Source of the DNA: the human T2T-CHM13v2.0 reference genome, Homo sapiens
Direction: 5' to 3' (one strand)
DNA: 64,000 bases
Assembly (NCBI RefSeq): GCF_009914755.1
Contig: NC_060935.1
Part shown: piece after piece, positions 1-13,660 of the stretch
Layout: every line of letters starts with the position of its first letter
How positions within the stretch are numbered: position 1 is the stretch's first letter
Notes under the pieces: model-generated
The model's input: the letters and a program-made list of their open reading frames with translations, nothing else
What the model was told of the DNA's origin: nothing
Database searches by the model: none
Position numbers and translations under genes: made by a program

Positions 1-506
1 TGTTTTCTCAAAAATTAAAATTGTAAAATTAGGAGTGAATTAAGCATGTGGATATTAAGAGTCTTGGCCATATTAGTAACTCTAAAACAGTTTGGTAATC
101 TTACAGCTTGGCTCAGAACTCTTTTTTTTTAAATGCATTGTTATGAAAAGGCTAAAGTCTTCAAAGTCATTTTTAATATATTTTGAGATGTGACTCCATG
201 CGTTTCCATCAGTGTCCAGCCCATCTGGACTATTGGATTGAGATCTGGGGTTCTCTGCCTCCGTACTATTGATAAGAATGAGAAGTGAATTCCAGGAAAA
301 TACCCTGTGTTATCTCTCCATTAAATCCTGAGTTGTAATCTCCTCCAGGATGTTTCCCTGATCATCCTAAGCAGAATTGCTCTGCTACCTTTTTTATGGC
401 ATTTTCACATTTGTTGTAGTTATTTGAGTGCATGCCTTGCTAACTTTGTTCCATGGAAAGTACTGGACTCATTTAGCTACCCATAGCTATGAGGGCTATA
501 TATATA

Positions 507-792
507 TTTTTTTTAAGATGGAGTCTTGCTCTCTTGCCCAGGCTGGAGTGCTGCGTGACCTTGGCTCACCGCAACCTCCACCTCCCGGGTTCTAGCGATT
601 CTCCCTCCTCAGACTCCCGAGTAGCTGGGATTACAGGCATGTGCCACCATGCCCAGCTAATTTTTGTATTTTTAGTAGAGACCGGGTTTCACCACATTGG
701 CCAGGCTGGTCTTGAACTCCTGACCTTAGGTGATCCACCCACCTTGGCCTCCCAAAGTGCTGGGATTACAGGTGTGAGGCACTGCACCTGGC
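507..792 (-). mobile_element. AluS (Sx-like) SINE
   Basis: Poly-T followed by reverse-complement Alu (gatggagtcttgctc...cctcccaaagtgctgggattacagg); TSD t(a/t)tgagggct at ~488-497 and ~793-802. Confidence 0.97.
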
Positions 793-2240
793 TTTGAGGG
801 CTGTTGTTTAAGTATACCTGTGTTAATCAAAGAGACAGAGTTTTTGTGGAAATTATGGGGACAGAGCTCTAGTGTTTTTCTATCAGCGTGTTTTATTTTA
901 ATCTTGATTATTTGGTGTGACTCTATTCGTCTATGTATGCTTGTGAATACGCATGAATATGTCTGTGACTCCTGCAATAAAGGCTAGAACAAAGACATAT
1001 AAAACCAGTTTCTTGAATTTGTAAAATCCATGCTTTAGTTTCTTTCCCAAATCCTGCACTTTAAACCTCTATGGTAAAAGAAAAAGGAAGCAGAGATGAT
1101 ATTATAACCAGTAATGAGAAATCTGTGGCCTGTTCCAAGTCTGTGAACGAAGTGATACAAAACATGACTACTGAGAATAGTTGGAAATTGATGCTGTGGG
1201 AAGGGTAACATTCCTGGTAGGAAGCGGATCCATGTGGATGGCACTGTGATTGGCCAGACTTATACATGTCTCCTTGCCTATATTGATATTAAGACTTTCC
1301 AAATTTTTCTTACTTTATGATGTCTAGCACTGTGTTATTTATTTAGTAAGTATTCAAAAATAGTTGAATAAAGTGATAAAATAATTCACAAAAGAATTAA
1401 TATTTGAGTGTGAAAGTGCTTTGAAAATGAAAAAAATAAACAGACAAAGATACTGGATAGAAGAAAGAAAAACAAGGATTGAAGTCACTAGCGGCTTGTT
1501 GAATAAAAGACTGTCTGGATCTACCTATCAAAATGCTCAGACAAATGAAAACATGGAAATATTTTCTTTGATCCTAAAACAGGTGGATCTGAATTACAAG
1601 CCATCCAAGAATGGTTAGCTCCTGCCCTTTTTCCTTTTTATCTATGTGTAATTGTGAATTATTCAGAAGGATGCTGCATGGTCCCAAATGAATTGTTGTT
1701 ATTGATGTTTTATTATGTAAATATTTAAATATTGATTTTTCAGAAATAGTGGGTAGCCTGTGTACATTTTCATGGTGTTTTGACAAAACGTTGCAATAAG
1801 TGTCATGAGTCAGTTTTTGCTGACAGTCCAAACCAGAACGCCATGAAAAATGCAAACTGATGTCACTTCTCATTTGTAAAAGGCTTCAAAATTATGAATT
1901 CATAAATATTTAATAGCAATGGCTCAAACAGAAATTTGCTCTGTTAGAGTATACGACTGCTTGTGCATGCAGCATATAGAGCTATGCTTTCCTGAGACAG
2001 TGCTACCTAGATTACAAATTAGAAATAAGATAGTATCAGGTGGTTTTCTAGGAAGTGGGTCATTGGCTGGTGACCTAAATATTGTACTTAAAATACTTGT
2101 TTATGGGTCATTAATTTTACCAGTCTGAAACAGATAGGAATGCCAGTGGTGTTAAAGCTTTTATGATTTGGAACACAAAGAAGCAGGACTATTTTTGAAT
2201 CTTTTCTATTGAGACTTTCAGTAACTTTATTGAAAATATA

Positions 2241-2561
2241 GGTGGGTGCCGTGGCTCACGCGTGTAATCCCAGCACTTTGGGAGGCCAAGGCAGCTGTAT
2301 CATCTGAGGTCAGGACTTCGAGACCAGCCTGGCCAACATGGTGAAACCCTGTCACTACTAAAAATACAAAAATTAGCTGGGTGTGGTGGTGGGCGCCTGT
2401 AGTCCCAGCTCTTCGGGAGGGTTGAGGTACGAGAATCACTTGAACCCAGGGGGTGGAGGTTGCAGTGAGCCGAGATCGCCCCACTGCACTCTCCCCTTGC
2501 TGACAGAGCAAAACTCTGTCTCAAAAAGAAAGAGAGAGAGAGAGAAAGAGAGAGAGAGAAA
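2241..2561 (+). mobile_element. AluS SINE with (GA)n-converted tail
   Basis: Full dimeric Alu; TSD gaaaatata at 2232-2240 and 2562-2570. Confidence 0.97.
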
Positions 2562-3344
2562 GAAAATATATCATTTGTTAATTAACTACCAATAATTTCC
2601 TGAAAAGTCATATTAAGTCAGAGGTTATTTGTCAGAAGATAGTACTGAAAATGAAGGAAAGAATAAAGAAACAAAATACACAGGCTTCTGTGACATTGTG
2701 ATGTTTAACAAACAAGCAAGTATCCTAGTTAAAAATGATGGCATATGTGTGTAAAATAGTGAAGAGCTAAAATGCCCAATCTCACTATGTTTACACTTTC
2801 TGTGCACGTTAGTGAGAAAAAAAGTGTAATAACACCTAACATACATTTCTTCAATGATTATCTATCCTTTATTCTTGTATAAGCAGATACAAAATCTACT
2901 GCTTACTTGCCAACATTACTTCAGAGGGACAGAAACTTCAGTGTGCCTATTTAATCATATCACCTTAATCTTCTTTTATCTGAATAAATACTTCAAAAGT
3001 TTGAGTGTAGTATAGATATACTTACATACATATATGTATACATATATATTTGGCCTGTGTGTATATATGCATCTATATATGCAAATATATTGCCTAACTA
3101 GCTAATCTTTATATTTTTAAGATCATTTATATGTACACATAGTCAAATCTAGTCCCACCTCTTTTCCTACAGGTATCCATAAATAAAGAATATCACCATG
3201 TTGATACTAGAGAGTTAATACAGTTTTTGTTTTAAATTTTATGTATGTGCCTGAATACTCATATGATCAAAATTTAATCGGGAAACAATTAGTTAATTTG
3301 CTTTATAGTTTGTGGTTTTCCACCTTATGGGATAATACTATATT

Positions 3345-3560
3345 TATGTGTGTGTATTTATATATATTTATATATACATTTATATATTTATATATACACA
3401 ATTATATTTATATTTGTATATTTATATATGTATATTTATATGCATGTGTATAAGTGTCCCTATTTAATCATATATATAGCTTATATATAAATAATATATG
3501 GGTGTGGTGTGTGTATGTGTGTGAGTGTGGTGTGTTTGCATACATATATGTATGTATATA
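3345..3560. repeat. (TA)n/(TG)n-rich low-complexity tract
   Basis: Degenerate tatatattta/tgtg runs. Confidence 0.85.
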
Positions 3561-4124
3561 TCCTCCTTTTATTTTTATTCTTAAGAGTTCCATTTCACCT
3601 CAGCTAATGAGGTAGAGTGTTAGTCACATTGGTGGCAATAAGTAAGTTTATAATAAATACTACTTTTTATTTCACTAGAAACTTTTCAGAGCATTTATGG
3701 TGCCTGAATACACAATACTTGTTTAATAACAGTTAATTTCCTTCATTTCTCAATGAATAAATTCTCTGTTCAAATGGCGCCTCCAGTTTCTTGATTGTGT
3801 ATCATATTGTTTGTAGCAAACATTTATTCACACTTACTTAGTGCTGGGCATGTATGTACATCTTTACTAACATTAATTTATCTTTCCCATATGTAAAAGA
3901 CAATTTTTCTTGCATTCTTTACATTGGATTTACTCTCTTTTTATTCTATCCTCAAAGAGTCAGGATGTTGCTGGATGGAAGAATAAGAGATGTTAACTAA
4001 GGAAATGGACAGCGTCCTCTATCTTCCATTCACTCAACCATTTTCTTTTTTATATTTCAGAGGACGTAACATTATTTAATATGTGGTTCATAGAAGTTCC
4101 CCTCTCTTTTAAAGTACTTCCTTA

Positions 4125-4870
<746 letters not shown>

Positions 4871-5419
4871 GTTAGCCTTGAAATAACCTTGTTTTTATTA
4901 TTATCTTTCACTTTTATGTTTAGTCAGCTAATCTGGTCTGTATGCTAAATGAATGTGCATTTGAAAAGTGATTTATAGAAGCAAGGTTTTATCCGAATGA
5001 ATACAATTTATTTTGCCTGTAGTCTTCTTTACATTGATATTTCTGCCACCAAAGATCTCTTGCCTATTAACTCAATAGGCTATGTACTCTCTTAGCTGAC
5101 TTTCCTCCTTAAATATAGTCAATACAATTTAGGCTAGTCCTCCTCATAAGGTTGAATGGACTTCATTCCCAACCTCAGTAATTTCTAGTACCCTTCCCTA
5201 CTTCTTAGCCTGGCTTTCAAAGACTGGTTTATTCAGAATGTCTCCCCCTATTTTTCTGGGCTTACTTGGTCTGGCTCTTGTATTTATAAGCTTTTTCATG
5301 TTTTGAGGCGAAGGGAAGTCTAAGCCTCTTTGCCCCAAGCCTACTGTTGTTCATAGTCTATTTTCTGGGCTGTAACAAAGGGAGAAGACTTTCTAAGCCA
5401 AACAAACATAAGCTTAGAC

Positions 5420-5600
5420 ATCAGCATTATCACTTACTGACAGACTGATTAGCCTTGATAAATTACTTAAACTCTGAACTTCAATTTCTTCATTTCTTAA
5501 AAAGTGATAATTATATCTACCTCAGAGAAGCTATGTAGGGATTGACATTCATGTATATTAAAAATATGCTGCTGTTTAGAATGTTTGCTATAATTATTCT
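5420..5600 (+). mobile_element. MIR SINE
   Basis: MIR core-like: ccttgataaattacttaaactctgaacttcaatttcttcatt...atctacctcagagaag. Confidence 0.7.
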
Positions 5601-5794
5601 CTACTGCACAACTTCAGAGTAAACTTAATGTTTTGTTTTAGGCACACGATTTTTCATATTTATTAAGCACTTCTTGCCAGTTTGTCTCACTGACCCTTTA
5701 AACTTAAAAAAACAGTATCTTAACTATCCTCTTCTATCATTGTGAGCATTTATCACAATTCTGAAAATATAAGAAGATAATAGAAATCAAGTTA

Positions 5795-5960
5795 GCTGAT
5801 TTCAACTTCTAGATTTACTACTTAACAGCCATACAACTTAATGAAGTTATAAAAATTCCCTATGCCAGTTTCTTTATTTGTAAAACAGAAGTAAATTTTG
5901 TAACTCAAGGGTTATTGTACATATTAAAGTAATCAATATGTGTAAAGTATTTATAAAAGT
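5795..5960 (+). mobile_element. MIR SINE, interrupted by the Alu at 5970
   Basis: cagtttctttatttgtaaaacag...aagggttattgtacatattaaa...atgtgtaaagtattta. Confidence 0.65.
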
Positions 5961-5964
5961 TCTA

Positions 5965-6359
<395 letters not shown>

Positions 6360-6900
6360 TTATTTTATAATTACATTATACATTTATTGTAGAGTTATAT
6401 AATAGTAAGTTAACATTATATATATCTATATATTTGAATTTCATCAAATTTATCGCTAAATGTGTTACAGAAACACTAAACATGCAAAGGATAAGAGGGC
6501 TTTCAAAAGTCATCCATTGTTGGAAAAATATAACTGAGAAGCATCATGCAGAATTCTACAATGAATAATATGAAAGACCCACAAAATAATAAATAAAATT
6601 CTTGTGTATAGTACCTACAGAAAAGCAGAAATTTGTTTGACTACATTAATAAGTTTACTTGACATAAAAACCATGGGAGGCTAAAAACTGTCAATACATT
6701 CTGCTGCTATTAGCTAATGAGTATATCATGCATATGCACTATTAATCATTAGTTTTTCAAGGAACTTGTGGAGAAAAGTAATAAAATAAATAGAAACCAA
6801 GAACAGTTTAGAAACCTTTCGATTTTATAAACATTACATTATTTATCTAGTTAAAGATAATTATGTTGAAAAAGGTAAAACTGCAATTTTTTGTGACTAT

Positions 6901-6989
6901 CAAGAGTAAATCCCTACCCTAGGAACCTGCATTTTTCAGTTTCATGAAATTCTGCACCTGAAAATGCCTAGGGTAAAGATTTACTCTTG
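6901..6989. repeat. Short inverted repeat / hairpin
   Basis: caagagtaaatccctaccctagg (6901-6923) vs cctagggtaaagatttactcttg (6967-6989), 21/23 complementary; inner stem gcatttttcag/ctgaaaatgc. Confidence 0.9.
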
Positions 6990-7053
6990 TTGTATTATAG
7001 ATGTGGAAATTGAGGCTCAAAAAGTTGCATAATTTGCCTAAAATTGTACAATT

Positions 7054-7401
7054 GTTTTTATTTTATTTTATTTTATTTTATTTTATTTTATTTTATTTTA
7101 TTTTATTTTATTTTTGAGACAGGGTCATCTTTTGTTGCCCAGGCTGGAGAGTGGTGGTGTGATCATGGCTCATTGCAGCCTCTGTCTCCTGCTGGACTCA
7201 AGTGATCCTCTCACCCCAGCCTCCCGAGTAGCTGGGACTACAGATGCATACCACCATGCCTGGCTAATTTTTGTGTTTTTTATAGAGATGGGATTTCTTT
7301 CCATGTTGCCCAGGCTGGTCTGGAACTACTGAGCTCAAGCGATTCGCCTGTCTTGGTCTCCAAAGTGCTGTGTTTACAGGTGTGAGCCACTGCACCCAGT
7401 C
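7054..7401 (-). mobile_element. AluJ SINE with (TTTTA)n tail
   Basis: gagacagggtc, ctcaagtgatcctc and gagctcaagcgat AluJ-type motifs; TSD tacaa(t/a)tgtttt at 7047-7058 and 7402-7413. Confidence 0.95.
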
Positions 7402-7834
7402 TACAAATGTTTTATATAACAATTCTCAACTACCTAGCATGAGCTTACCATTGTGTTAGCAAACAGAAAGAGGAATAAAAAACTACTCGTTTCTTTAAGG
7501 AACTTCCAATTGTTCAATAAACTTTTTAACTCGTTTTCAGAAGTATGTTGAACATGTGTGAATTTTTCTAACTTCACAGAAAGTTCATGGATAATGATCT
7601 TGAACATTATTTTAATGCTGACTTAAATAAAAGCCATTAGCTAAATAGATATTGAGTTTTAATCTTCCTCTGCAATCTGTTTCCCTGTGGAAAAAAAATG
7701 AAAATGTTAAAGAACTTTAATTGCTTTCTCAAAACTTATATTTGTATGGTTTGAAAATTACTCACAATATTTAAAATGTCCTTTCTAATATGAACAAATA
7801 ATACTTAAGGAGTTTGCCAAATTTGTGTGCCATT

Positions 7835-8258
7835 ACTCATTTCAGTTAGCCTTTCCTAAATAAGAAACCATCTCACCTTACTGCCTTGTAAAAATAATTT
7901 ATTATTTCTCATGATTCTGTGGATTAGTGGAGGTTCTTCTGCTGTTCCTACATGGACTCACTGATGTTGGTAGCCTTTAGATGGAGGGTCAGCTGGGAAC
8001 TGGTTCAACTTGGACAGCTGGTATGTATGGGTCTCTCTTTATCTCTCAAGGTGGCCCCACCAGGTTTTCTCTTGTGGTGGCAGCAAAATCTCAGAAGACA
8101 ATTCCCCAAGCGCTTATAAAACCTCTATTGGTCTACTGGTATCACTTAGGTGGATGTCCATTTGACTAAAGCAAGTCTGTTGGCAAAGCCCAGAATCAGT
8201 GTGGGAAGGGTCTATGGTCATGGATGTATTTTTTGCTCTACATTATTCTACTGACCAA
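7835..8258 (-). mobile_element. MLT1-family MaLR LTR (J/K/L-like)
   Basis: atttattatttctcatgattctgtgg...ccatttgactaaagcaagtc...aagcccagaatcagtgtgggaagg. Confidence 0.7.
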
Positions 8259-8575
8259 ATTAAGAGATTTTTAAAATAACAATTCTGGAAGGGACAGTAA
8301 AAACCCTTAATATTTTTTTGATCGACAAACTGATGCACAGAAAAAGGTAATTGCCCAATATTAAAGTCAAATTACCAGACAGCTAGATTTAATATTAGGC
8401 CAGTTACAAAGGCTAAAACACTTTTAGTGTTATTCCCCAGTGTTTGGGGAAAAAGAGTTACTGAAAAGAGCTCATCATATTACTTTAGTTAAGAAAATGA
8501 AGATTTTTCAGTAATATTTGAAGAAACTCAGAGAATAAATATTTCTCACTATTTGGCAAAAAGTATTGCTGGTAG

Positions 8576-8577
<2 letters not shown>

Positions 8578-8610
<33 letters not shown>

Positions 8611-8682
8611 TGTGTATGTATGTATATGTATACACATATATTGTGTATGTACATATGTGTGTATATGTATGTATATTGTATA
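8578..8682. repeat. (TA)n/(TATG)n microsatellite
   Basis: Direct dinucleotide run followed by degenerate TATG. Confidence 0.9.
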
Positions 8683-8684
8683 GA

Positions 8685-9238
8685 CTGTCTGTCCTCATTA
8701 TGCCCAGTAATGTTCTATAAAGACTGTGATGTCCCCACAAACACTGAATTAGCAAATACTAAGCCATTGTCCTCAGGGGAAGAACTATGTATATAGTTAC
8801 ATGTAAAAGATGATAATCTTAAATCTTAAAAACAACTCATCCTAGTAGATTCTATTTCTTTAAAAGAAAACAAAGTTTAAATGTGTTCAGTCATTTGCCT
8901 GAGGCCACCCCACTAACAATGAAAGAGTTAGAATTCAAACCCTGCCTAACTAAACCCAGTCCAGACCTTATTGCACTATATTGTACTGCCATCTCCATCC
9001 CCTGGTCATCTCAGTATGAGAGCTGAAACAAGAAGGCAAGTTTTGTTCTGTTTAACCTCAGTTAGATAGGTGCTCTTGCATTGAAGCAAGTTTTTTTTTT
9101 TTTTTTTTTTTTTTTTTGCTCTTCTGCACATGTCTGAAAGGGAAAGGGCTTTGAGTATTGATTTTTAGGGCTCCACATAAATATTAGCAACTAGGCCAAT
9201 TTGCAAATACAGAATCTGGGAATAATGAAGATTGACTA
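8685..9238. mobile_element. MER82-like TcMar-Tigger DNA transposon
   Basis: Ends resemble terminal inverted repeats (ctgtctgtcctcattat / aataatgaagattgacta); internal aacactgaattagcaaatact motif; internal poly-T at 9091-9117. Confidence 0.75.
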
Positions 9239-10690
9239 TATCTAAATAATAAGAATTATTCTAATATTAATGTACTCAATGGAGCAAAGATAAGATGTGT
9301 AAAAGGAATATGATAGGGGAGTCTTAAGCTTACCCCATTTGTGATATATCCCACACAGTTTCAGACATTTGTCTCTGTTTTTCATACCTAATCAAAGTAG
9401 GGTTAATTTATGGAATGGGTTGCTTCTAGGGAAAGGAGTAAACAGATTGTACTCAGTGAGACCTGAGATTATAGCTTAAAGTCAAGAGAAAGGATGGAAA
9501 ATTTTAAAATTAGGTAAATTACTATCTAATAGCAATAACCTGGAATCGTTTCTTATTGCAAATAGTTGTTTTCATCCCAATATTTTCTTAGAATAACATT
9601 GAGCCTGAGCAGAGTATTCACACTGATGACCCCATGTTACATTACACAAAAGTTATGAGATGAAATTCACATTAGCTGATTCTAAGAACTAGGGAGGGGC
9701 AAAAAAATATACAAATAGTACATCAAAATATTACAAATGGAATGTTATTGGGCTACACAATGAAAAATGTTTCTATTTCAAAATTCCTTTTAAGTGTATT
9801 CTGAAATCTCAGAAGTTTCAAATAATGTTATCAAATGGAAAATATGTAGTATTCACTACAAATGAGATTTGATGAGTGACAGAGTTTTCTTACTGATAGT
9901 GGAAATTATTTTTATATGTTAGAAAGCATCATAAGAGCAGAATTATTTTTTTGCCGTGTCTGAAGGATTAGGCGGTAGACATAAGAAATAAAATTATCCT
10001 TACAGTTGATGTAAGATATTTATGAATAATATTTTATTTATCTTTTAAACATAGTACCTAGATAAAAGCCTAACATGCTGTATACACACTTTCTTTTTAT
10101 TGGAACTAAATTAGTTTTGGACACATAATCTTCTTATGTTTTAATCAGTCCGTGGAATGAATTTTGCATTTGAATGACACATTGTTCTTTTAAGTCACAA
10201 GACTATTCACAATTACCTTGAAAGAGTAATTCAATAAATGGTGCCCTAATGGAGAAACAATTAATTTCCTTCTAACCATTACATTTATTTGTTCGCAGAA
10301 ATTGCTCCGAAGTACAAATTGCTATGTGTTCAAACTTCACAGTAAAGTTCTAATATAATTTTATAAAATTAAATATCAATTTTTCATAGAACTTTAGAAC
10401 CCCAAAGTACCTTAGAGATTACATAATTCAAAATTCCTTGAATTTCAAATGATGAAGCCAAAGAGCAAAGACGTTTGCTGACTTAATTCATTGATATGGT
10501 ATATATTAGAAAATAAATGTATACTGTAAAATACTGTATACAATTGAAGTAATATAATTATTAGTTTTGAAATTCATCCAAATAGTGTCTCGTCAGCACT
10601 AATATATATGTTAGCTCCCAGTCCAAAGTCCTTAGTTCTATGACAGTCTGAATTTTCTCAGCTAAAGAAAAAATTGAAGTTTATATCTAA

Positions 10691-10998
<308 letters not shown>

Positions 10999-11169
10999 TA
11001 GGTTTTAAAATAATCACCAGTTTGTAGAATGTCCTTAAGTATTGTGGTAGATTATTATAGTTCTATGTACGAATAAGTCATTTCCATAGCAGTATCTGAA
11101 TCAAGAAAATGATTATTATGGGAAAATTACAAATAAAAAGACTGGGTCAAAATCTTAAATTATCAGGTA

Positions 11170-11380
11170 CATACTTTATGCCAGGTAGCATAGCTAAAGA
11201 AAAGTCCATATATTTTCTCATCTAATTCATAAAACAATCATGAGAAATATTTAGTAATTTTCCTCATCTTATAAACAAAAATAAGAAATATCATATAACG
11301 TTGCCAATGTAAAAAAGCTAAGAAGTGGCAGCACCTGGGTTCAAAACCGGTGTGCTGTGCTGTTAGTCACTTTGTAAGGC
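11170..11380 (-). mobile_element. MIR SINE (degenerate)
   Basis: tactttatgccagg...cctcatcttataaac...aagtggcagcacctgggttcaaaacc. Confidence 0.55.
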
Positions 11381-12597
11381 ATTTCTCAGATTCAAAATAT
11401 TTTACCTGTAATGTTTTATTTTCATATTTCGGTTAGAACCTGTAAAAGTAGCACTAAAAAGTACTCTAGATATAGTAAATATAAGCCATGAAATTAGGCC
11501 CATGTTTGATTAAGATATTGATGAATCATATTTTATTCATTTTTTTAGACATAGTAGTTAGAGAGAAGCCTAATTATGCTGTACATACTCAATTTTTACT
11601 AATCGTATAACAATTGAGGAGAGGAAAGCGTTGGAGAAAGGGAAAAAACTTGTAGAGAAAGTTGAGAACAGTGAATGAGAAAATACCTGAAGCATTTTCT
11701 TTAATTCATAACTGAAACCATTTGCTGTGAATTTCCAATGGTAGAGAAAACTCATTACCAGATGAATATTTGCTTTAGGGAATGGAAGAGTGAATCATCA
11801 ATACAAGATTTCTTTTGTCTAACAGCTTTTGTAAATAGCAAAAACAACCAAAAGATAAAAACAAGTAATTTTAATAAGAGTAACCAAATGCAATTATAGC
11901 CTAAACTTAATACAATAATTTTCAAAATTTATGAGCGATGAAAAAACTAAAGATCTTCAAATGAAGCAACAAAACCTTGAAAATTATTTTTGCTACCCTG
12001 AACCTGAAGATAAGTTAACTGAGTTTGTGTCCTTAGGTTCCTTTTTATATAATGGAGCAAAATGGGAATGTATATCTGTTAGGAAGAAATTAGAAAAATA
12101 GGGAAAATGTGCAAAGGGAATGACTGCCTTCGATATAAGCCAAGACTGCAGGGTTGCCCAATTATTTGAATAGGTCTTGCATATCTCCTTTGGGAATGGG
12201 ATGCATCTTCAAGTAGTATGGGTTGCAGTGTAGAAATACTAAGAACTTCTAAGAAGAGGGAAAAAAGCACAATTATTCAATTAAATGACATATATTTCTT
12301 CAGTTGATTTAGTATTCCAATCTTCACTCAGGCCTTAGAAAGATAAATAAAATATGAAATACCCAGCTCTAAAATTTATTCTAAATTGCTAAGATTAATA
12401 GATAACAAAAGAAATTGCCCACAGTGTATTTGCCCCAAAGAAATGTCTGAACAATTTCTGAAGACAGCATAATGAACAGAAAAAATATATGAATAGTCAA
12501 AATATACCAATAAAGGAGGGGAGGAGAAAAACAAAAGTTGAATATAACAAGGGAGAAAGATACTCAGCTATAAAATAATAAAATAGATAAAGGGTAA

Positions 12598-13047
12598 TGA
12601 TATAGTTGGGCTTTGTGTTCCCACCCAAATCTTATCTTGAATTGTAATCCGTATAATTCCCGTAATCCACATGGGTCAAGGGTGGGACCAAGTGGAGATA
12701 ATTGAATCATAGGCCCAGTTTTCCCCATGCTGTTCTCATAATAGTGAGTGAGTTCTCATGAGATCTGATGGTTTTATAAGGGTCTCTTCCTCCTTCGCTC
12801 GGCACTTCTTCCTGCTGCCTTGTGAAGAAGGTGCCTTGCTTCCCCTTGCCCTTCCACCATGATTGTTAAGTTTCCTCTTGATCAGTAGTCCAACGCTTTA
12901 CCTCCAACCTATAGCCCCTCCTCATGATTGTAAGTTTCCTGAGGCCTCCCCAGCCATGCTGAACTGTGAGTCAATTAAACCTCTTTCCTTTATAAATTAC
13001 CCAGTCCCAGACAATTCTTTATAGCAGTGTGAAAACAGACTAATACA
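12598..13047 (+). mobile_element. THE1C/D MaLR solo LTR carrying a small internal insertion
   Basis: tgatat...cccacccaaatcttatcttgaattgta...aattaaacctctttcctttataaattacccagtc...actaataca; perfect 5-bp TSD ggtaa at 12593-12597 and 13048-13052. Confidence 0.95.
12874..12918 (-). pseudogene. Tailless 5'-half tRNA-Cys-like retropseudogene
   Basis: Reverse complement ggggctataggttggaggtaaagcgttggactactgatcaagagg matches 35/45 ungapped to the recalled tRNA-Cys(GCA) 5' part GGGGGTATAGCTCAGTGGTAGAGCATTTGACTGCAGATCAAGAGG; flanked by duplicated catgattgt(t)aagtttcct. Confidence 0.75.
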
Positions 13048-13329
13048 GGTAATTATCTCAGTTGTTTTGCTGTGTAGAAATACCTGATAACATTATAAAT
13101 TTTTAAAAATGTAACAAAATTGGTACTGTATGGATTGGCTATGAAGGATACTGTGGAACAAAGTTATATCTTGTATAAATCACAGTCTATCTGTGCTCTG
13201 ATAGGAAATCTAGTAGCCTCCCAGCAAACAAACAGAAAATAGTTGACACAGAAGAGTAGTAAGCATTGAGCCAACACAAAGCCATTGGTTTGTTTGGTTG
13301 GTTGGTTTTGGAAAGAAAATGCACTGCAT

Positions 13330-13660
13330 ATAGAATCTAAACCTTGGCAAGGGATGAGTGGTTTTTCTTAACCTGAGACCTCAAGGTAGGCCAGTAACCT
13401 GAAAGGTGCTCAGATAGTCACAGGTTAATAGGATTATTTGGCTCAGGGAGAAGCAAATGCAAATCCTCTCTGCAGAAAACTAACTCCAAAGTTGGCCCTC
13501 AAGATGCTCACACACAAAGATGAACTAAATATGATCTTAAAGTGAAAGATCACGTGGTTCTCAAATAAATTAGCTACAATGAGTGACAGTTGGCAGAAAC
13601 TACATTCAGAAGTTTTAGTGTCCAATCCCAAATAATTTTAGATATTGGGATAACCATTAA
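13330..13660 (+). mobile_element. Ancient L1M 5'-region fragment
   Basis: agaagcaaatgcaaatcctctctg... and acaatgagtgacagttggcagaaac resemble L1ME 5' regions. Confidence 0.45.

Noticed and set aside
489-797. 102-aa ORF and similar ORFs at 2227, 4122, 6030, 21113, 24133 and 46535
   Set aside because: Typical antisense-Alu translations ([13 protein letters not shown]..., SQSAGITG); not genes.
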